DNA of 63,936 nucleotides, counting the filler, from Reticulomyxa filosa (taxonomy: Eukaryota; Protista; Foraminifera): assembly GCA_000512085.1 (NCBI GenBank). It is 17 parts of 17 records of this genome, joined end to end, with 100 filler letters (N's around TTAATTAATTAA, not from the genome) between each part and the next. Parts side by side here need not be neighbours in the genome. Positions count along the whole stretch, not along the records: positions 61,625 to 63,936 come from ASPP01019111.1; 16 more parts are not named here. The stretch is one strand, 5' to 3'. The notes under the pieces were generated by a model. It made no database searches. It was given only the letters and a program-made list of their open reading frames with translations, and was not told the DNA's origin. Shown here one piece after another: positions 63,207-63,936 of the stretch (position 1 is the stretch's first letter; each line of letters opens with the position of its first letter). Both the position numbers and the translations under genes were made by a program.

Positions 63207-63936
63207 CAACATTCACACAAATAAAATTTTTCTTTTTTAATTTATGTTCCTTTTGAATAAAATATTTATTGAACTTTGACGTCTAAACACTTAAACATTT
63301 TCTTCAAGTTTACTTTTTGCTTTTCTATAGTCATTGTTTGACACAGACAATTCATATTTTCATATTCAATCACTTTTGTTCGTCGTTTACATTACTTAAT
63401 TGTAATTAATATGATTCATGTATGTGATATCGATAAACAAACAAGTTCGATCATTTAATAAATATTCACACTGTGTGAAATTTACTTGCTCTTCATCATA
63501 GGATAAAATCATTTGTTTTTGGGTGTAAAATATAGATCAAATGAATTACAAAATGCGATATTATCTGGATTAGATGATTTCAGTATTTGTCGTGGATATT
63601 CCATATGATCAGCAAATTTAAGTATTCAAAGCATATACATGTTGGGTTTGGGTTGCAGGAGAAAATGCTGTTTTGATAATGTACCTTGTTATTCTTTTGA
63701 TTTTATCCTATTTTGCGTGTTCGATGCTATACAAAAACAATCTAAAAAATTAATTGTGAAAAAAACACATCTTGCAATTTATTTTACTATTTGGATACAA
63801 TTTTAATTAATTATACTTTCAACTTTTTAAAAGACATTAAACTCAGCTTTTTAAATTTTTTTAAACAACAAAGTAAGACAGAACAAATCTTTTAATACTT
63901 GCATTTAATCAAATCAAACTTTTCAAACAAAAAAAA

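Overview
This is not one contiguous locus. It is 17 short contigs of an AT-rich, intron-containing eukaryotic genome joined by 16 artificial 100-bp spacers (44 N + TTAATTAATTAA + 44 N), so neighbourhood only means something within a contig. Degenerate WD40 copies, a Gly-rich family, poly-T/poly-A and (TA)n-rich GT-AG introns and homopolymer frameshifts suggest a rhizarian such as the foraminiferan Reticulomyxa filosa (inference from memory, not a search). Recognisable genes: RING E3 ligase, ankyrin protein, GRK-like kinase tail with CaaX, ASPM-like tail, acid-ceramidase/Dcd1-like tail, type III polyketide synthase, DOCK GEF, BCKDH E1-beta, winged-helix linker histone, p23-like CS protein, Ycf45-like ATPase, PSMG1, GAS1-like Cys-rich protein, MIEAP-like protein, a Tc1-type relic with a nested MITE, and a LINE endonuclease relic. 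The best novelty candidate is a very large membrane protein (35.5-43.7 kb) in which two TM-Cache-TM sensor modules appear fused to an EF-hand two-pore channel with Cav-like acidic filters. Second is a type III PKS with a C-terminal membrane anchor. All family calls come from motif recognition by eye and need HMM or structure confirmation.
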